64,000 bases of DNA from the human T2T-CHM13v2.0 reference genome, Homo sapiens. Below the pieces are notes generated by a model. The model was not told the DNA's origin. It was given only the letters and a program-made list of their open reading frames with translations, and ran no database searches. Each line of letters starts with the position of its first letter. Position 1 is the stretch's first letter. Where the stretch lies: assembly GCF_009914755.1 (NCBI RefSeq), contig NC_060939.1. One strand, 5' to 3'. The position numbers and the translations under genes were made by a program. Below are positions 59,400-64,000 of this stretch, one piece after another.

Positions 59400-62300
59400 T
59401 TAAATAAGAATTTTTTAATACCCTACTTGTTAAATTATAACTAAAACAGTAGCCTTTTGCCCTGTCCCCAATTTCTACTCCCCAGAGAATACTATTTTCA
59501 ATTCTCTTGACTGTTTCTTCAGGTAATTTCCTCCATGTTGTTAAATTGCCCTTCTTATACTACTCTTTCTTGATTTTCCGATTTTAGACTTTAGTAGTTT
59601 TATACTGTGAAAATGGTAATTTGGCACTTCTTCTGTATATTTATGCAACTCATAATTTTTGGTGGAATCAATGTTGAGCATTTATGTTATGACTATAAAT
59701 GTTCTTAGCCAATCCTTGTAGTAATGATGATTGTATCTCATCTCTCATATAACTTTGTATTTTTCCTGGGATTAATGGATTGCCTTTTTTTGTTTGCTTA
59801 GTACTCTATGTCCTTATGAATAAATCATCTCTGAACTCTCCAAAAGAACTAAATTCCTCCTCCTGGTATAATCATGTAATCTATTGGTTATTTTTTTTTC
59901 TTCTGTTGATGACATGCTATCTGGACTTCATCTTCTGGTCCATCTGGGACTGACTGCATTGTAGCTTGCACAGCCGTTGTTGTAGAAGAGTCTGCTCTCT
60001 CTTTGTTTTGGAGACTCTCCAAGATTTAGTGGTTTTCTGTTTTTTGTTTACTCTCTGATTTTATAGAGCATGTCCTCTACTAGATTCCTAAGAAAGGATG
60101 CCTGAGAAATACATTTTTGAGACCTTGCTTGATTAATTGATAGTTTTCCTGTGTGTAAATTTCTTGGTTGGAAATTATTTTCATTTGGAATTTTGAAGGC
60201 ATTTTTCCATTGTCTGCTAGCTTTTAACACTCCTCATAAGAAATCTCAGGCAATCCTGATTTCCTAAACTTTGTTTCTGCTTGCCTTTCCCCCATGTAGA
60301 CATTTTAAGTTTCAGCTGTCTCTCCTCTGTTCTGCTCAGTCCATTACCAGTCATCCATCTAGTAATACTTTGTTTTTCAAAATTTTTTTGGCTTTGCCTC
60401 ACCCTGTCACTTTTTTTCTAGTGGGTTTATAACTTTTATAAACAAAAAATATTCCTGAGATTGTTTTTCCATAATAATTATCTAAATAAAAGGTTAATCT
60501 TGTATATAATTTCTGTGATAATATTTTCCTTCTCATTATCTCCAAATGTTCTATTAAAAAATTTTTCCCCTGTAATTCCCCTTGGTTTGGGGAATTTTTA
60601 TGTTTCTGATTGAAGTAAGGATGGAAACTAATATTGGTTAAGTGCCAACTATTTATTGTAATTTGAGAGCTTTACATGTACCAACTAGATAGACGAGGTA
60701 AGGAAGATATTCTTCACATCTCTGTTAGGTAGCTGACAGTCCCATTTTAGTGAGAAAATGTATCAACTTAGTCACTTTCCAAAGGCCATACCTGTAGTAA
60801 ATACAGGCTTTGAATCTAGTATTTCTGATAACTGTAATCCTTTTTCTACTTTACGTACAACTTTATGAGTCTTTGTGTGTGAAAAATTTCAAACATGAAA
60901 GTAGGGAAATACACAACACTAAGAGTGAACCCTAATGTAAACTGTGGGGTTGGGGTGATTGTGATATGCTGATACAGGTTCATCAATTGTAATAAATATA
61001 CAGCTCTGGTGGGGAATGTTGATAGTGTGGGAGGCTACGTACTTGTGGGAGTAGGGAGTATATGGGAAATCTCTATACCTTCCTCTCAGTTTTGCTGTGA
61101 ACCTACAACTTCTCTAAAAAAATTAAGCCTCTCATTATGTTGGCCAGGCTAGTCTCAAACTCCTCACCTCAAATGATCCTCCAGCCTCACCTCCCAAAGT
61201 GCTAGGATTACAAGCATGAGCCACCGTTCCCAGCTGGTCATCATGCTTTCTCAGAGGTGCCTTCACCACTCACCCCATCTAAGGGTGTTATTTTCTGTCC
61301 TGAACCCTACTCACCTCCCTCATAGCACCTGCCACTGTTTCTAAATATTTATTTGTTTACTTGTTTATGGTCTGAATCTCCTAGTAGGCGCCAGCTTCAT
61401 AAGAGCAGATACCACGTCTCATTTGTTCACCTAGTGCTGGAACATACTAGAAAAGTCAATAAATATATTCGTTTTGTTGTTGTTTTTTGAGACAGGGTCT
61501 CACTCCCATTTCCCGGGCTGGAGTGCAGTGGCAAGATCAGCCTTGACTTCCCAGCCTCAGGTGGTTCTCCCATCTCAGCCTCCCAAGGAGCTGGAGCCAC
61601 ACTCTCACACCAGGATACCTGGCTAGTTTTTTGTATTTTTAGTAGAGATGGGGTTTCCACCATGTTGCCCAGGCTAGTCTTGATCTCCTGGACTCAAGCA
61701 GTCCCCCCTCCCAAAGTGCGGGGATTACAGGTATGTGCCACCATACCTGGCCAATAAGTATATTCTTAACGGGAAAAAAAAGTAGCGTGAGAATACTTTT
61801 GTAACCCACCATGTAATTGTCAGCCATTTATCAGCATTTTGCCAATCTTTTGTTTCATATATTTTACCATATTTTAACCTGTAAATATTCTTCCATATGC
61901 ATAGCTGTTATATAAAAGGACTTTTAAAAAATCACAGTGCCATTGTTATACCTAACAAAATTAAGTAATCCCTTAATATAATTGGGTTTTTTGTTTGTTT
62001 GTTTTTGGTTTTTTTGTTTTTTGTTTTTTGAGACAGAGTCTCGCTCTGTTGCCCAGGCTGGAGTGCAGTGGCAAGGTCTCCGCTCGGTGTAGAATCTGCC
62101 TCCTGGGTTCAAGCAATTCTTGAGCCTCAGCCTCCTGAATAGCTTGGATTACAGGTGCATGCCACCATGCCAGGCTAATTTTTGTATTTTTAGTAGAGAC
62201 GGGGTTTCGCCATGTTGGTCAGGCTGGTCTGTAACTCTTGACCTCGAGTGATCCACCCACGTCGGCCTCCCAAAATTTTGTGATTACAGGCGGTGAGCCA

Positions 62301-63700
62301 CCGTGCCTGGCCACTTAATAAAATCTAAAACTGAGTTCGTATTCAGATTTTTCTGGTTATCTCAAAAATACATTTTTACATTTGGTTTGTTGAAACAGTA
62401 TCCAAATAGGGCCAACACAGTATTTGGTTGTTATGTCTTTTAAGTTTCTTGTAATCTGTAATAGTCTTCCTCTCCTCTTTTTTCGTGCCATTTTTATGTT
62501 GAAAAACGTAGGTTCTTTATCCTGTAGAATGTCCCACATTCTAGATTTGGCTGATAGCTTCTTTGGGGTTTCATTTTACTTTCCTACTAACCCCCATGTT
62601 TTCAGTTAACTGGAAGTTAGAGCTAGAGGTTTAATTAGATTCAGGTTTATTTTTGCAAGATAATAAGTGTTCTTATTTTTGCAAGAACACTTCCTAGTTG
62701 GAACATGTAGTTTTTTGTTTCATCAGGAGGCAAATAATATCTCTAATATCTTACTTTTGGTGATGCTAAGTGGGTATGAGTGTTACCAGCTTGTAAGCGC
62801 GCCATCCACATAAATCCTAATGATTTTAGCACCCATTTGTGACCATTATCTAGATCCATTATTTCATTAGGTGTTGCACATTGGTGATCTTTCAGATTAC
62901 ATCGTTTCTTCCACATTTACTAGCTGTAATTCTTCTATAACAAAGTACTTTTGTCTATTTGGTTACCTGAAAGGAGGAAAGATAATATTAACTATTGATT
63001 TTCCCCCTTTATTTGTCAGTTTTCAGAGTAATGAGTTGATGCCCTAGCAACTCTCATTGGTGATCAATGAAAGGTTTTTTAAGAGTCATTATGAACTAAG
63101 GGCTACTTATATATTTGATGTATTTTGGTGAATTATAGTTATTACTCATTTTGATGCTCAGATTGACCCGTTAGTGTCCCCATTAGTCTTTGATAACTTC
63201 TTTGGTTTCGGACACAAGATATCCAGGCTCATTTTGTACAAATCCTTCTCCAGATTAGAATCAGTCATTTCTCTGAAAAACTGTTCTGTTGTGTGTGTTT
63301 AGGAAATAGTTTTTAGAAACAACAAACAGTTGTTAAGGGTTTGTTACTGTTGGGTTGTTATTCTAGGCATTTTCAGTGACAGAGCTAGAAAATACCTAAT
63401 TTTTAGGAAGAGAAAAATAAATCATGAGTTCGTATCCATGTTTATAATTGAAATGTAAGGACTTAACTTGGCTACTGTGATTTTTTTTTCCAGATTTTAA
63501 AAATAAGCTTCATTTTAAAAAAAATTAACGTGCGCTATTGGAAACTGAAAAACACAAGAAATGAGGAACAGAGTCATCCACAATCATAAGCAGTTTGACA
63601 TGCCCTTCTAGGTCTTGTGTGTGTATATACATAACATCCATTTTTATGTGATTGAGATCATACAGTATGTATCATGCTTTTTCACATATCATGAACATTT
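59400..63700. mobile_element. Mosaic of old L1 fragments, including a sense L1MC 3' end at about 60905-61130, with antisense Alus at about 61130-61235, 61470-61752 and 61985-62312
   Basis: aagagtgaaccctaatgtaaactgtgg...ttttgctgtgaacctac; tgtagaatgtcccacattctagatttg; Alu arms. Confidence 0.65.
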
Positions 63701-64000
63701 ATTAGTTCAGAACCCCAAAGCTACCTTCTGCCGTTCAGCTGCCAACCTATTGAATGAGTCCTGATACACCCTACCTAGGTGGTTTAACAGTTCCATGTTC
63801 AAGATGCGTCTTTTCCATCAATTATACCAAGATATTTACAAATTGGCTAACTCACTATCTCTGCTTTTTATCATACATTGTCACCTCAGGACATCTATAA
63901 AGCTTAGATGTTGCAAAATAAAGATTGAACTTTGTTCACAGTAAACAGATGAGTTACCAAAAATGCACATAGAGACCTATGGTTAAAATCTAAAACCTGT

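Overview
Primate, almost certainly human, genomic DNA. The only protein-coding gene I can support is the 5' end of IREB2 (iron regulatory protein 2, 15q25.1), on the + strand. It has a CpG-island promoter at about 40.4-41.5 kb, coding exon 1 (ATG 41005 to donor after 41023), exon 2 (42462-42548), and then intron 2, which runs past the window end. The spliced product is MDAPKAGYAFEYLIETLNDSSHKKFFDVSKLGTKY(D). The first 40 kb is intergenic and dominated by repeats: Alus (more than 50 across the whole window), MIR, L2, old L1, several solo LTRs with intact target-site duplications (TSDs), Tigger/Tc2/hAT DNA-transposon relics, and a 42-nt tailless 5S rRNA retro-fragment. Nearly all ORFs in the supplied track are spurious (Alu, LTR or CpG-island derived). 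The best leads are at the IREB2 5' end: a strong-context out-of-frame AUG 13 nt upstream of the start codon that makes a 14-codon overlapping uORF after splicing, a C-tract-rich leader, a cluster of BANP/CGCG-type elements, a candidate in-frame 12-nt microexon in intron 1, and an upstream consensus splice donor. Intron 2 also holds a 113-bp templated duplication and a 75-bp palindromic MITE. Repeat family names come from recalled consensus sequences, not a search. Repeat boundaries are approximate unless a TSD is quoted. I see no evidence for a wholly new multi-gene system.
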